A stretch of DNA of 64,000 bases from Ginglymostoma cirratum (lineage: Eukaryota): assembly GCA_024137785.1 (NCBI GenBank), contig JAHRHZ010000078.1, positions 21,247,216 through 21,311,215 on the forward strand, given 5' to 3'. The notes beneath the pieces were generated by a model. The model was not told the origin of the DNA and did not search any database. It worked only from the letters and a program-made list of their open reading frames with translations. Position numbers and translations under genes: made by a program. Of this stretch, positions 52,896 through 64,000 are shown in pieces; position 1 is the first letter of the stretch, and every line of letters begins with the position of its first letter.

Positions 52896-54184
52896 GTACA
52901 GTCTGACATTCAGAAAATATAGAATTTTTTTTGCTGACAGCTGAGTAAAGAGTGTGTGTGCTGTGGGTATAATGTTGCTTGGTTTGCTTAGTCGGATAGA
53001 CAGAACTTGGGTGGAACACGGTGGAAAGCCAATGATAAAGAAACATAGAGTATAGGAGCAGAAGTCGGCCATTCAGCCTTTCGAGCCTGCTCAACCATTC
53101 AATATAATCATGGAGACTATTCATCATTAAGTATAATTGATGTGGGAAATTCTGCAAATTCAGAAAAATACATATTCACAGACATAGAAAAAAAACAAAA
53201 TTTCACTGGAGAAGCAACTAAAAGAGATCTGGTCTTCAAACAAAATTAAAAGTGAAAGAAGTTGAAGAGACTGGGCAGCTATTAAAACAGGTTATGAAAA
53301 ATAAAATATATTGGACTAACAGAAGGTGAAAATGTTAACGAAATTAGAAGAATCCAGGCTGCAAAACGATCATTAAAAAAAGCCAAAAATCTTTAAGGAT
53401 TAAACCAGTAAATAACAAGAAGATTTGAACCATTCAAAGCAGCCAAGTACAAGATCAGTCAGTTTCTCATCTAGTTTGATATTTGGCTGCAACACAACTG
53501 GATAGCAACTGCAGTCCATGAAAGAAATGCTTGACAACATGAACAGGAATGAAAATTTCAGAAATTGTTGGAGAAACTCAGCAGGTCCGGCAACGTCTGT
53601 GGGAAGATATCAGAGTCAAAGCCCTGAGTACAGTTACTCTTAATCAGAATTGTTAGTTGTTAAAAAATGGCGGTATTTATGCTGAAGCCAAAACTGTGAC
53701 GGTGGGGGAGAGGTATATGGGAGGACGGGTAGGGGACTATGGGGAGAAGTGAGCAAATAGCTAGAGATGGACTCCAGAGAGAAAGAGAGAGAGAGTTAGA
53801 GGTATGAAAGGGGTTGGTAAACAAGGAGATTATGGATAGCAGGCCAGGACAGAAGCAAAGCTGAATAAGTGATAATAAATACAATTCCCACACTGGCTCA
53901 GGTCACCATGAAGGGTCCTCCTTCTCAATCTCATCTCCTCACTCGAAGCGTTTTATTTTATTATTGACTCGGGGATGTGGGAGTCAGTGGCTGGGCCAGC
54001 ATTTATTTGCCGTCCCTAATTGCCCTTGCGAAGACAGTCGCGAGCTGCTTGCCTTCTTGAACCACTGCAGTCTGTGTCATTTATTTGCTTTCTAGTACTT
54101 ATTAATTTACTTCTGAATAGTTTGCTAGGCCATCTCAGAGGACAATTGACAGTCAACCACATTGCTCTGGACCTGGAGATAGGA

Positions 54185-54680
54185 AAAAGAAGCTTGGTAC
54201 AGGGAGGAGAGGCAATCATGGCTGACCAGGACAGTCAGGGATAGCATAAAAGCAAAAGAGAAAGCATACAATGTGGTGAAGGGCAGTAGGAAATAGAGGA
54301 TCGGGAAGCTTACAGAGGGCAACAAAAAAGAAGTAAGGAGGGAGAAGATTAAATACGAGGGTAAGCTAGTCAGTAATATAAAAGAGGACTGTAAGAGTTT
54401 CTTTAGATATATAAAGGGCAAAAGAGAGGCAAAAGTGGACATTGGACTGCTGGAAAATGATGCTGGTGAGATGGTATTGGTGAACAAGGAAATGGCTGAG
54501 GAACTGAATGATTACTTTGCATCAGTCTTCACAGTGGAAGACATGAGTAATATCCCAAAAATTCCAGAGAGTCAGGGGGCAGAGCTGAGTATGGTGGCCA
54601 TCACCAAGGAGAAGGTGCTAGGAAAACTGAATGGTCTGAAGGTGGATAAATCACCTGGACCAGATGGAATACACCCCAGA
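54185..54680 (+). mobile_element. Internal CR1 ORF2 fragment
   Basis: EMAEELNDYFASVFT...DKSPGPDGIHPR; lacks both ends of the element. Confidence 0.85.
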
Positions 54681-55263
54681 TGGTTATTGGGTTTGGACAT
54701 CCCAGCCAGGATATGGAAACAAGATGTCCAATCCAGGATCAGACCATCCTCAGGTCCAAGATAGGGCAACCCCAGGCTCTGAGTCACTGCTGCAATCTTG
54801 TCACGACTCCGTCTAACCTAAAGCCAAACCTGTCGAATAGGGACTGCAGGAAAGGGTGGGAAAGGGTCCTGGCAACAAGACTGCCACTGTGGATTCAAAC
54901 TATCATTCAGCACATATGGAAATCTTCAATCCAAGCCGAGCACTGCCCATGCCTGTCAAGACTGCAGGCTTGGTAACATTGTGGTGTCCTTTGCTATACT
55001 GCTTGCTTAGTCATATATTCCAGAATTCTAGCTGTGAGAATGGTAGGCATCTACTGTAAATACACGTGGAACTTTTACACTAATGTGATAATTATAAGCA
55101 TTCAAACCAGTTCTAGCGATGAAAATATACCTGAAGGATTGCTTTTTAGAGCAGCGTTTTATTGATAATAAACATATCAGTAAAGTGAAACTAGGTTTGG
55201 TGAGATTAGTGAAACTTAACATGCTTTCTGTATTATCTCAAAACAGGTGAATTGAGTCTGGAA

Positions 55264-55330
55264 ATGGTTTCATATCGTACGATAAGTCTCCTCCCTGCCA
55301 TCTTATGCATCTTTCTGTCATTTGCACAGT
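55264..55330 (+). CDS. B7-like paralog B, signal-peptide exon (MVSYRTISLLPAILCIFLSFAQ)
   Basis: Acceptor aaacag| at 55246, donor |gtaagt at 55331; 91-nt intron, as in A. Confidence 0.85.
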
Positions 55331-55421
55331 GTAAGTTCTGGAATGCTTGTCAATATACAGTTCCATTGAACACTGATTCTCACTGCACTCATGACAGTTA
55401 ATGAAAGTTATTGTTTTCCAG

Positions 55422-55748
55422 GTTTCTTCAGACTAAATTGTCAGTCTTCAGTCACAGGAATATTAAACAAAGAAACTAAACTACCATGTATGTTAACTTC
55501 AGAAACGAGGATCAGTTCAATACACATTGAACTTTGTAAGAAGGAAAAAGATGGAAAAGTAGAAATTGTGTTTACCTCCAGGAAAAGCGTTAATAGAGCT
55601 CAGGGTCGGATTAAATTAGCTCACCCGAGATCTCAAGACATGTCACTGGTAATCCAGAACACACAGTTGTCAGATATTGGGACATACCAATATTCTTTGG
55701 AAACAGATATTGGTCGCAACATTAGTGAGATTACATTGCAGGTTAAAG
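55422..55748 (+). CDS. B7-like paralog B, IgV exon
   Basis: 327 nt, phase 1-1, ttttccag|...|gtgagt; ~54% aa identical to the V domain of A by manual alignment. Confidence 0.88.
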
Positions 55749-56557
55749 GTGAGTGACTGTTCGAATCCTGATATTCCTAATTGTAGAACGTTGGCTGCAA
55801 GTAGTTGGTAATGATTTTTAGTTTTGTTCTCATCCTTAAAAGTGAAATAGGGGCAGAAGTAGATCATGTGGCCTATCAAGCTTTCTCTGCCATTCAGTAT
55901 GAATGTGTTTGATCTTGGGTTTCCCTGCTCATTCCCTAGAGCATCGGTCAGTCTTACATGTATTCAACAATGGAGCATCACAATTCTCTGGGATGAAGAA
56001 GGCTTATAAAAGTTTACAACCCTGTGAATGAAGTAATATCAGCCTAAATCAATTTACCTGAGACTGTGCCTCTGTGTTTTAGATTCCCTGACTAGCAGAA
56101 ACAATCTCTTCACAGCTATTCTATAAAGCGCCTTCATAATCTTGTATGTTTCAATGAGATCACCTCTCACTCTTCTGAACCCCAGAGAATATAAGCTCAA
56201 AGCGCCCAGCTTCTCAGCATAGGACAAGACTCTCATTCCAGGACTGAATCTTGTGAACATTCACTCTACGGTGACCAATGCAAGTCAATCTTTCCTTAAA
56301 TATGGAGGCTAAAACTGCATACTGTACTGTTGATGTTATCTCACAAAAAAACTGTATAACTTAAGCAAAACTTCTTCATTCTTGTACTTCAATCCCCTTG
56401 CAATAAATAGAATGCCCTTTGACATTCTAATTGCTTGCTAAGCATACTAACCTTTTGTGTTACTTGTTTCAGTCCAATTGAAAGTCCCATTTCAAAGACA
56501 ACATGAAATATGAAGCTTGTTTCATTTCACTAATAATATTGCAATCACCCTTTTTAG

Positions 56558-56901
56558 CTCTATACAACGTGACTATATTCCCAAACATTGTATCAACGAA
56601 AATGTTAAGTGTCACTTGTGAAGCAATTGGATATCCACTGGCTCAGATTCACTCGCTCTTGAATGGAACAAAGAAGTTTACATCCGAGGCTAATACTAGG
56701 AGTATAAAATCAGCAGAGGGACTGTATAAGATCATCAGCACATATCAAATCAAAGAGAAAATAGATGTCTCAGAAAGTAGTTATACATGTGCCGTGTGGA
56801 GCATGGAAGAGGGTCTATATATGGTGCAGAAACGTCTTTCACATAAGTTCACAATGCTTATTCTTCAAAGGAGTTTGGAAAGCAAATGCTTAAAGAATTA
56901 A
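56558..56901 (+). CDS. B7-like paralog B, IgC exon with read-through tail (donor lost at 56843); predicted secreted 245-aa product or incipient pseudogene
   Basis: Acceptor tttttag|; VTCEAIGYP, GLYKIIS, YTC. At the position of A's |gtaagttcac it reads |ataagttcac. Frame open to TAA 56899-56901. Confidence 0.75.
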
Positions 56902-57112
56902 CATGTTTCATTTATTCTCAATATGTGCACAATATTGTAAGATTATATTCAACGTTTGTGACTATTTGCACTGAAATGTTTCTGGGGATCTTATTTTTAA
57001 AACATGGCAGCCCTTTTCCTCACAGAATTGTTTAAAAGTCATAGTTGGGTACAGTTATTCCCAGACCACTCAAAATCGACATGGCTGGTCTGAGAATTAA
57101 GATTGACTGTTA

Positions 57113-57737
57113 CAGCAAGAACTGCAGATGGAGTCAGAGATAACANNNNNNNNNNNNNNNNNNNNNNNNNNNNNNNNNNNNNNNNNNNNNNNNNNNNNNN
57201 NNNNNNNNNNNNNNNNNNNNNNNNNNNNNNNNNNNNNNNNNNNNNNNNNNNNNNNNNNNNNNNNNNNNNNNNNNNNNNNNNNNNNNNNNNNNNNNNNNNN
57301 NNNNNNNNNNNNNNNNNNNNNNNNNNNNNNNNNNNNNNNNNNNNNNNNNNNNNNNNNNNNNNNNNNNNNNNNNNNNNNNNNNNNNNNNNNNNNNNNNNNN
57401 NNNNNNNNNNNNNNNNNNNNNNNNNNNNNNNNNNNNNNNNNNNNNNNNNNNNNNNNNNNNNNNNNNNNNNNNNNNNNNNNNNNNNNNNNNNNNNNNNNNN
57501 NNNNNNNNNNNNNNNNNNNNNNNNNNNNNNNNNNNNNNNNNNNNNAGAGATAACACAGTGTGGAGCTGGAGGAACACAGCAGGCCAGGCAGCCTCAGAGG
57601 AGCAGGAAAGCTGCTGTTTCGGGTCAGGACCCTTCATCAGAAAAGACTTCTGACGAAGGGTCCTGACCTGAAACATCCTCTTTCCTGTTCCTCTTATGCT
57701 GCCTGGCCTGCTGTGTTCCTCCAGCTCCACACTTTAT
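57113..57737. mobile_element. Inverted pair of pLTRs (PLE-derived palindrome) spanning the assembly gap
   Basis: 16-bp TSD TTAAGATTGACTGTTA at 57097-57112 and 57738-57753; ~90-nt inverted arms centred near 57645. Confidence 0.8.
57146..57545. other. Assembly gap (400 N)
   Basis: Run of n. Confidence 1.
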
Positions 57738-57979
57738 TTAAGATTGACTGTTAACTGTTACTGCTGCAGTTCCAGGTCAATTATGGCCCAAACACTGAGC
57801 ACCCGCTTCTCATTCTGTATAAAATGGGGTCTCATTTTACAGGTCTGTTTTTTGCATCCTAGTTCTAATGGTACAAGATGAAGTGCTTCAACATTTAGTC
57901 TGCCTTAGCAATGTTTTAATTTCCGTACTATCAAGCATTTAATTAATTAAAAATTTCTCACCCACATTGTGTGTTTCAG

Positions 57980-58123
57980 CCCTTCATCAAAGCTCCAACC
58001 CTGATGGCAGTATCAAAGAGGAAAAGAAAAATATTCTCGTAATAGTCTTCTTGATTATTACATTTCTTTTTACTGCATTAATAATCTCTGCTGTTCTGCA
58101 AGTTAGGAAAATATCATATACAG
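57980..58123 (+). CDS. B7-like paralog B, stalk + transmembrane exon
   Basis: 144 nt, tttcag|...|gtattt. LHQSSNPDGSIKEEKKN-ILVIVFLIITFLFTALIISAVLQV-RKISYT. Confidence 0.8.
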
Positions 58124-59414
58124 GTATTTTGATCATTATGGTTATTATGTAATTATGATTATCATATTAATTATGACATCATCTTATGTCTTGAAACACT
58201 TTTTATTATCCTTATTTTGAATATGCTTGTAATCTGGAAACCGGTGCAGTTTAACCCCATTATATGCCAAATATACAACTTTCAAGACTCAATAAAAAGA
58301 ATTGACAGAATCTCCAACATCTGAACATTTTCACATTCAGTCATTCCAATTTCCTAGCTAACATTGTATGTTTTACATAAGCCCTGTGTTGAAATATTGG
58401 GGGGAAAAAGTACATTTAAATCACTGAATGAGAAGCATTTGCTGAATAGTTGCCAGAGGGAAATTTAGAGGTACCTTACGTTATGAATGTTGCCTAATTA
58501 GTTAGAATCTTTTCTCAAAGAAAGAATGGATAACATATACATAAAAGCTATAAGTATTGACTTGTCCTGAGCTCCCACAAAGAAGAGATAGAAATGTTTA
58601 GGTGAGTCAGACCGAACTGCTGTGGAGACATTCCATTCAGTCATTTCCATTGAACATCACATCACGGATTTGACATTCAGTCACCCTTTGATGTTCCAAG
58701 ATATAAATTTCAGACATATGATGTTTCGGATAGGTCAAGGAAAATAGAGAAGGAAGTAAACATTTTTCTTTTAAAATCCTCAATTGTTTCATAATTCATA
58801 ATTGTAGTTTAATACCTGTGACTGATTTGCTAGGCTGACCCAGAGGACGATTCAGAGTCAACTAATTGGTGCGTTCCTTGAATTATATATAGGACCATAA
58901 CTTTCCTCCCCAAAAATACAAGTTCAGCATTTAGTACAGTGATCTAAAATTACCAAAGCCTATCCATCACCTATGCTGGTACTAGCCCCTTGAGGAAAAT
59001 CTAATATCAAATTCTCTCACAGTGGGTTTTTTGAACTTCTGAAAAACCAGTCCAGATGTAAAGCAATTTGGTAACATAAACATTATGATACTGGAGCTTC
59101 CTAGTTACGTTAGACAATTGCAACTTTATAGATTGACTGATTGCAATTATTTTGGATCCATTTGGTTATAAAAATATTTTTATTGTTAGACAAAAGAGCA
59201 GGGTAAATTATCTGAATGTCAATTCAGTAAAATATGATATTTTTATACCAGTTAATGTTTTTGTGTTCATTCAGAGATTACTGCCTTTTCTGCAATTGAG
59301 TTTGGAGCTACAAGAATGGACACAATGCAAATTTTTGCAGTAGGTTGTGTTAATTCAAATGAAATGTTATATGCCAGAAACAATGAATTTATTATTACAT
59401 TGCTTTACTTTCAG

Positions 59415-59443
59415 AAGTTGGAAGAGAAGTCAAAATCCCATTG
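59415..59443 (+). CDS. B7-like paralog B, cytoplasmic mini-exon (EVGREVKIPL)
   Basis: tttcag|29 nt|gtaagt. Confidence 0.75.
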
Positions 59444-59519
59444 GTAAGTGTGATTTCAAATATCTGCAAACTTTTGAAAGCCTGGTCTCAATCTTTTAAA
59501 AGTTTTCTTCTTTTAATAG

Positions 59520-59558
59520 GTATCAGGTGACCACAGGACTAATGTTAACAAAATATAG
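59520..59558 (+). CDS. B7-like paralog B, last coding exon (VSGDHRTNVNKI*)
   Basis: Acceptor ttttcttcttttaatag|; aligns codon for codon with 36876-36905 in A; the last 3 aa come from an inserted repeat. Confidence 0.65.
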   Translation, partial: VSGDHRTNVNKI

Positions 59559-60277
59559 GACTATGGATGCTGGAAATCTGAAACCGAAGCAGAAATTGCT
59601 GGAGAATTTCAATGTGTCTGGAGAGAAAGCAGATGAACGCTTTGAGTCTAATGAGTCTAATAAACCTTCTTCAGAACTTAAGACCAATGTTTAGTAATGA
59701 TTGCAGTGAATAAATCTTATTTTTAACTTATAAACAATATCCTGTTTACAACAGGTTGCGACATCCTGTATCAACTATGTCCTATCATGTGAATGATTGA
59801 AGCTGAAGTTAGAACACATGGGTTATTTCACACATTGTTACTTCCTGTATAGTGATTACTGCAAATATTTTTAACAGTTCTCATCCAGCATAATACACTT
59901 CACTAACTGACGGAATTGGGCTGAACTCTTCACTATTCTTTATAGAGAAAAGAAATAATGTCACATATTAGTTGTCTGTGAACACCATTGGTCAAACATT
60001 GCATTCACGCACCAATACCTACATGCTAAACACCTTGACCTTCTATCCAGGCTCCTGCTGCCAAGAAGATCTCTGTTACTCTGAAAATATATCTGTGGAT
60101 TGATCACAGAAATATTGTGCAAAATTTTATCAATTGGACACTTTTTTCATTTGATTAATAGAATAGAATAGCTTTTATTGTCATGTGCAATTGAATGAGT
60201 GCAGTGAGAAATTTGAAATGTCACTGCTTTTGTACAATTTTAGGTACCGGGTAACTAGGTATAAATACTTTAAAAGA

Positions 60278-60450
60278 AGAGATAACAAGGTGTGGAGCTG
60301 GATGAACACAGCTGGCCGAGCAGGAAGGCTGACATTTCGGGCCTAGACACTTCTTCAGAAATCTAGGCCGAGGCCCGAAACGTCAGCCTTCCTGCTCCTC
60401 TGATGCTGCTTGGCCTGCCGTGTTCATCCAGCTCGACACCTCGTTATCTC
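60278..60450. mobile_element. Inverted pLTR pair (PLE-derived palindrome)
   Basis: gagataacaaggtgt...acacctcgttatctc; arms match the PLE termini. Confidence 0.8.
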
Positions 60451-62032
60451 ATATATTTTGTAACTGTTGGGTAATTTTGAAGAGAGCTTCCAGATGTAGA
60501 AAACAATAGATGAAAATGTCAAATTCAAAACCTTTGGTTCAGACCTATGAATGCATTGAGCCATGTGCAAGTCTTGATACAACACAGTTTATATTACAGG
60601 TTTCAATTTCTATTTACATTATTCCAATGGCATTTGATTATAGAACAGCTGTCCATGCTTCACTGACCATTTGGACACATGTTTTGGACGCTGGGAGTTG
60701 CAAGTGTCAAAGGAGATATTCTTGGTGTTGGCCTGCTGGCAATTTTGATGCCTAAGCACTGCAAATATTTTACACCTGACTGTTTGCTAAATTTATAAAG
60801 AAGAAGCTAAAGTTAAATATTATGAATAAGATCAACCACTATATTTTCATTTGTGGCAAACAGAACAGAAATATGAACTCTGTGGAACCCTTTCTACCTG
60901 ACAGCAAAACGTGTCAACATTCTCAAAATTGGTCACTTTTTCCCTTTTAAAAATTCAAATGATAGCAGTTTCCTTGCAGCGTGATGCCATCTGTGGTAAC
61001 TGACTAAAACACAGAATCTGAAATTAAGACACAATAGTGAAGATACTCAGCAGGCCTGGTGGCGTTGTTGGAGAGAGAAACAAGTTAATGTTTTAGATCT
61101 GTAAATTTCTGATGAGAGGTTTTTCTCTTTTCTTCCCCCCACCACCTTATACGTACACACACGTGCTGCCAGACATGTTGGGTACTTCCAGCATTTCCTC
61201 CTCTCTTTCATTTTATCCCAAAGTAAAGCTAGTTATGTAAAATGCTTCATCTTCAACATCAGAACATTTCAAGCTAATTGCATCTATTATTACTTTGCTT
61301 TTAAGATGCGTCTTAGATATTTATTGGAAAGTTCCAGTCTGTGACAGCAAAGTTAACTTCAAAAATGAGAAAGCTATGCCAATCTTTGAAGCAGCTCTGA
61401 AAAAGAATAGGACGGGAACAAAGATATCAGAGCAATGAGTGCTATCTGACAGAGGTTGCGGGATAGTTTTTGGTTGACAAACCATATTGTTTGTTGTGAC
61501 ATGTAGACCTGCGAAACCTACTTCATCTGTTTGAGACTAAATTTCTGCTCAAATCCTAACTCCTAAAAGGCCCTCAAGGAAGCTAGTGGTCCTGCAACAA
61601 GATGTAGAAAATAATGATTCAATTTTTTAAATCAAATCTTATTTGAAAGTATAAACTGGGACAGAAGCTTTGCTAAAGGACATGGAAAGATTAAGTTTTG
61701 AAAATGAATGCTTAAACACAAGTTTTTGATAGAGCCCTTAGACTTTAATGCCTCCTTGCTAAATTAACGTTTAATTAAGGTAATTTATGTTTCTGGACTA
61801 TGATGCTAGTAGGCCTCCCATTTCCAGCTGTAATCTTGATCAATGAATAGCCAGCATAATAAGTTATTTCCTGCTTGTATTTTCTGGTCTTTGTTTGAGG
61901 CATTCTTCTGCTTTAAATGCATCACCATCATTTTACATATAATGGTATGAAACTAGCAATGTTTCAAAGCATGCTGATTATGTCAACCAGGAACTCGAGC
62001 TTAATAAATACAGTTGTGTGTGTCAACATAAT

Positions 62033-64000
62033 AGGACACCACCCCAAGGCCTCCTACCCTCCCTCGACCTCTTCATCTCCAACTGCCGTCGAGACATCAA
62101 TCGCCTCAACCTCTCTACCCCTCTCAAACACTCCAACCTCTCCCCTGCAGAACGTGCAGCCCTCCGCTCCCTCCGCTCCAATCCCAACCTCACCATAAAA
62201 CCCGCGGACAAGGGAGGGGTAGTCGTAGTATGGCGCACTGACCTCTACATTGCTGAGGCAAGGTGCCAAATCTCTGATACCTCCTCCTACCGCCCCCTGG
62301 ATCATGACCCCACCCCCGAGCACCAAACCATCATCCAAACCATCCACAACCTCATCACCTCAGGTGACCTCCCACCCACCGCCTCCAACCTCATCGTTCC
62401 CCAACCCCGCACCGCCAGCTTCCATCTCCTTCCCAAAATCCACAAATCTGAATGCCCTGGTCGACCCATTGTCTCAGCCTGCTCCTGCCCCACCGAACTC
62501 ATCTCCACCTACCTAAGACTCCATTTTCACCCCCTTGGTCCAGGAACTCCCTACCTACGTCCGTGACACCATCCACGCCCTCCACCTCCTCCAGAACTTC
62601 CAATTCCCCGGTTCCCAACACCTCATTTTTACTATGGACATCCAGTCCCTATACACCTGTATTCCCCATGCAGATGGCCTAAGGGCCCTCCGCTTCTTCC
62701 TGTCCCGCAGAGCTGACCAATCCCCCTCCACCGACACCCTCATCCGCTTAGCCAAACTCGTCCTCACCCTCAACAACTTCTCTTTCAATTCCTCCCACTT
62801 CCTACAGACAAAGGGGGTGGCCATGGGTACCCGCATGGGCCCAAGCTATGCCTGCCTCTTTGTAAGTTACGTGGAACAATCCCTCTTCCATACCTACACT
62901 GGCCCTAAACCCCACCTCTTCCTCCGTTACATTGATGACTGTATTGGCGCCGCCTCGTGCTCCCACGAGGAGCTTGAACAGTTCATCCACTTCACCAACA
63001 CCTTCCACCCCAACCTGAAGTTCACCTGGACCATCTCCAACACTTCTCTCTCCTTCCTGGACCTCTCTGTCTCCATCTCGGGTAACCACCTAGAAACTGA
63101 TGTCCATTTCAAGCCCACTGACTCCCACAGCTGCCTGGAATACACCTCTTCCCACCCACCTTCCTGCAAAAATGCCATCCCCTGTTCCCAATTCCTTCAC
63201 CTCCACCGCATCTGCTCCCAGGATGAGACATTCCACTCCCATACATCTCAGATGTCCTCATTCTTCAAGGACTGCAACTTCCCCCCCACAGTGGTCGAGA
63301 ACGCCCTCAACGATATCTCCCGCATTTCCCGCAACTCATCCCTCACACCCCGTCCCCGCAATAATAACCAAAAAAGAATCCCCCTCGTCCTCATGTACCA
63401 CCCCACCAACCTCCGGATCCAACGCATCATCCTCCGACACTTCCGCCATCTGCAATCCGACCCCACCACCAAAGACATTTTTCCCTCCCCACCCTTATCT
63501 GCTTTCCGGAGGGACCACTCCCTCCGCGACTCCCTTGTCCGCTCCACACTCCCCTCCAGCCCCACCACACCCGGCACTTTTCCCTGCAAGTGCATGAAGT
63601 GCTACACCTGCCCCCACACCTCCTCCCTCACCCCAATCCCAGGCCCCAAGAAGACTTTTCACATCAGGCAGATGTTCACCTGCACATCTGCCAATGTGGT
63701 ATACTGCATCCGCTGTACCCGTTGTGGCTTTCTCTACATCGGGGAAACCAAGTGGAGGCTTGGGGATCGCTTTGCAGAACACCTGCTCTCAGTTCGCAAC
63801 AAACAACTGCACCTCCCAGTCGCGAACCATTTCAACTCCCCCTCCCATTCCTCAGACATCATGTCCATCCTGGGCCTCCTGCAATGCCACAGTGAGGCCA
63901 CCCGAAGGCTGCAGGAACAGCAAATCATATTCAGCCTGGGAACCCTGCAGTCCAATGGTATCAATGTGGATTTCACAAGCTTCAAAATTTCCCCTCCCCC
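62033..64000 (+). mobile_element. Penelope-like element, RT + GIY-YIG endonuclease (frameshifted, runs off the window)
   Basis: IKPADKGG, LPKIHK, PGRPIVS, MDIQSLYT, GVAMGT, RYIDD, then VVYCIRC...YIGET; the 3' part is highly similar to 47430-48090. Confidence 0.95.

Larger units (their letters stand above)
46600..60100 (+). repeat. Tandem segmental duplication unit B
   Basis: Collinear with 24150-37350; differs by lineage-specific transposon insertions. Confidence 0.9.

Noticed and set aside
57103-57730. Long ORFs containing X runs
   Set aside because: Artefacts of the 400-N gap.
56843-57979. AT donor as a U12 AT-AC intron
   Set aside because: It lacks the ATATCCTT donor consensus, and the acceptor is AG, not AC.
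1-64000. CRISPR array or prokaryotic system
   Set aside because: No regularly spaced repeats or operon structure; the sequence is intron-containing vertebrate DNA.

Overview
Eukaryotic, repeat-rich DNA, most likely from a cartilaginous fish (shark). The repeat set points there: CR1 LINEs, V-SINE/HE1-like and Deu-type SINEs, Penelope-like elements (PLEs) and Harbinger remnants. Most of the six-frame ORFs are noise or transposon fragments. The real genes are a + strand tandem cluster of B7-family-like immunoglobulin-superfamily genes, reconstructed here from splice sites. There are two complete paralogs (A, ~26.7-37.6 kb; B, ~52.5-60.1 kb) and the 3' end of a third (~1.2-2.3 kb). A and B share a PD-L1/B7-type layout: 5'UTR exon, leader, IgV, IgC, TM and two short cytoplasmic exons. 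Unusual points: (1) both V domains lack the canonical F-strand Cys but have an extra A-strand Cys; (2) paralog B has lost the IgC splice donor (GT>AT), predicting a secreted V-C protein with a Cys-containing read-through tail; (3) paralog A has lost both splice sites of its last intron, giving a new Tyr-rich tail; (4) V-domain divergence is concentrated in the loops; (5) the promoters carry ISRE/GAS/NF-kB motifs. The window also contains several PLE terminal repeats with minimal hammerhead-ribozyme cores. Repeat boundaries are approximate unless a target-site duplication (TSD) is quoted.
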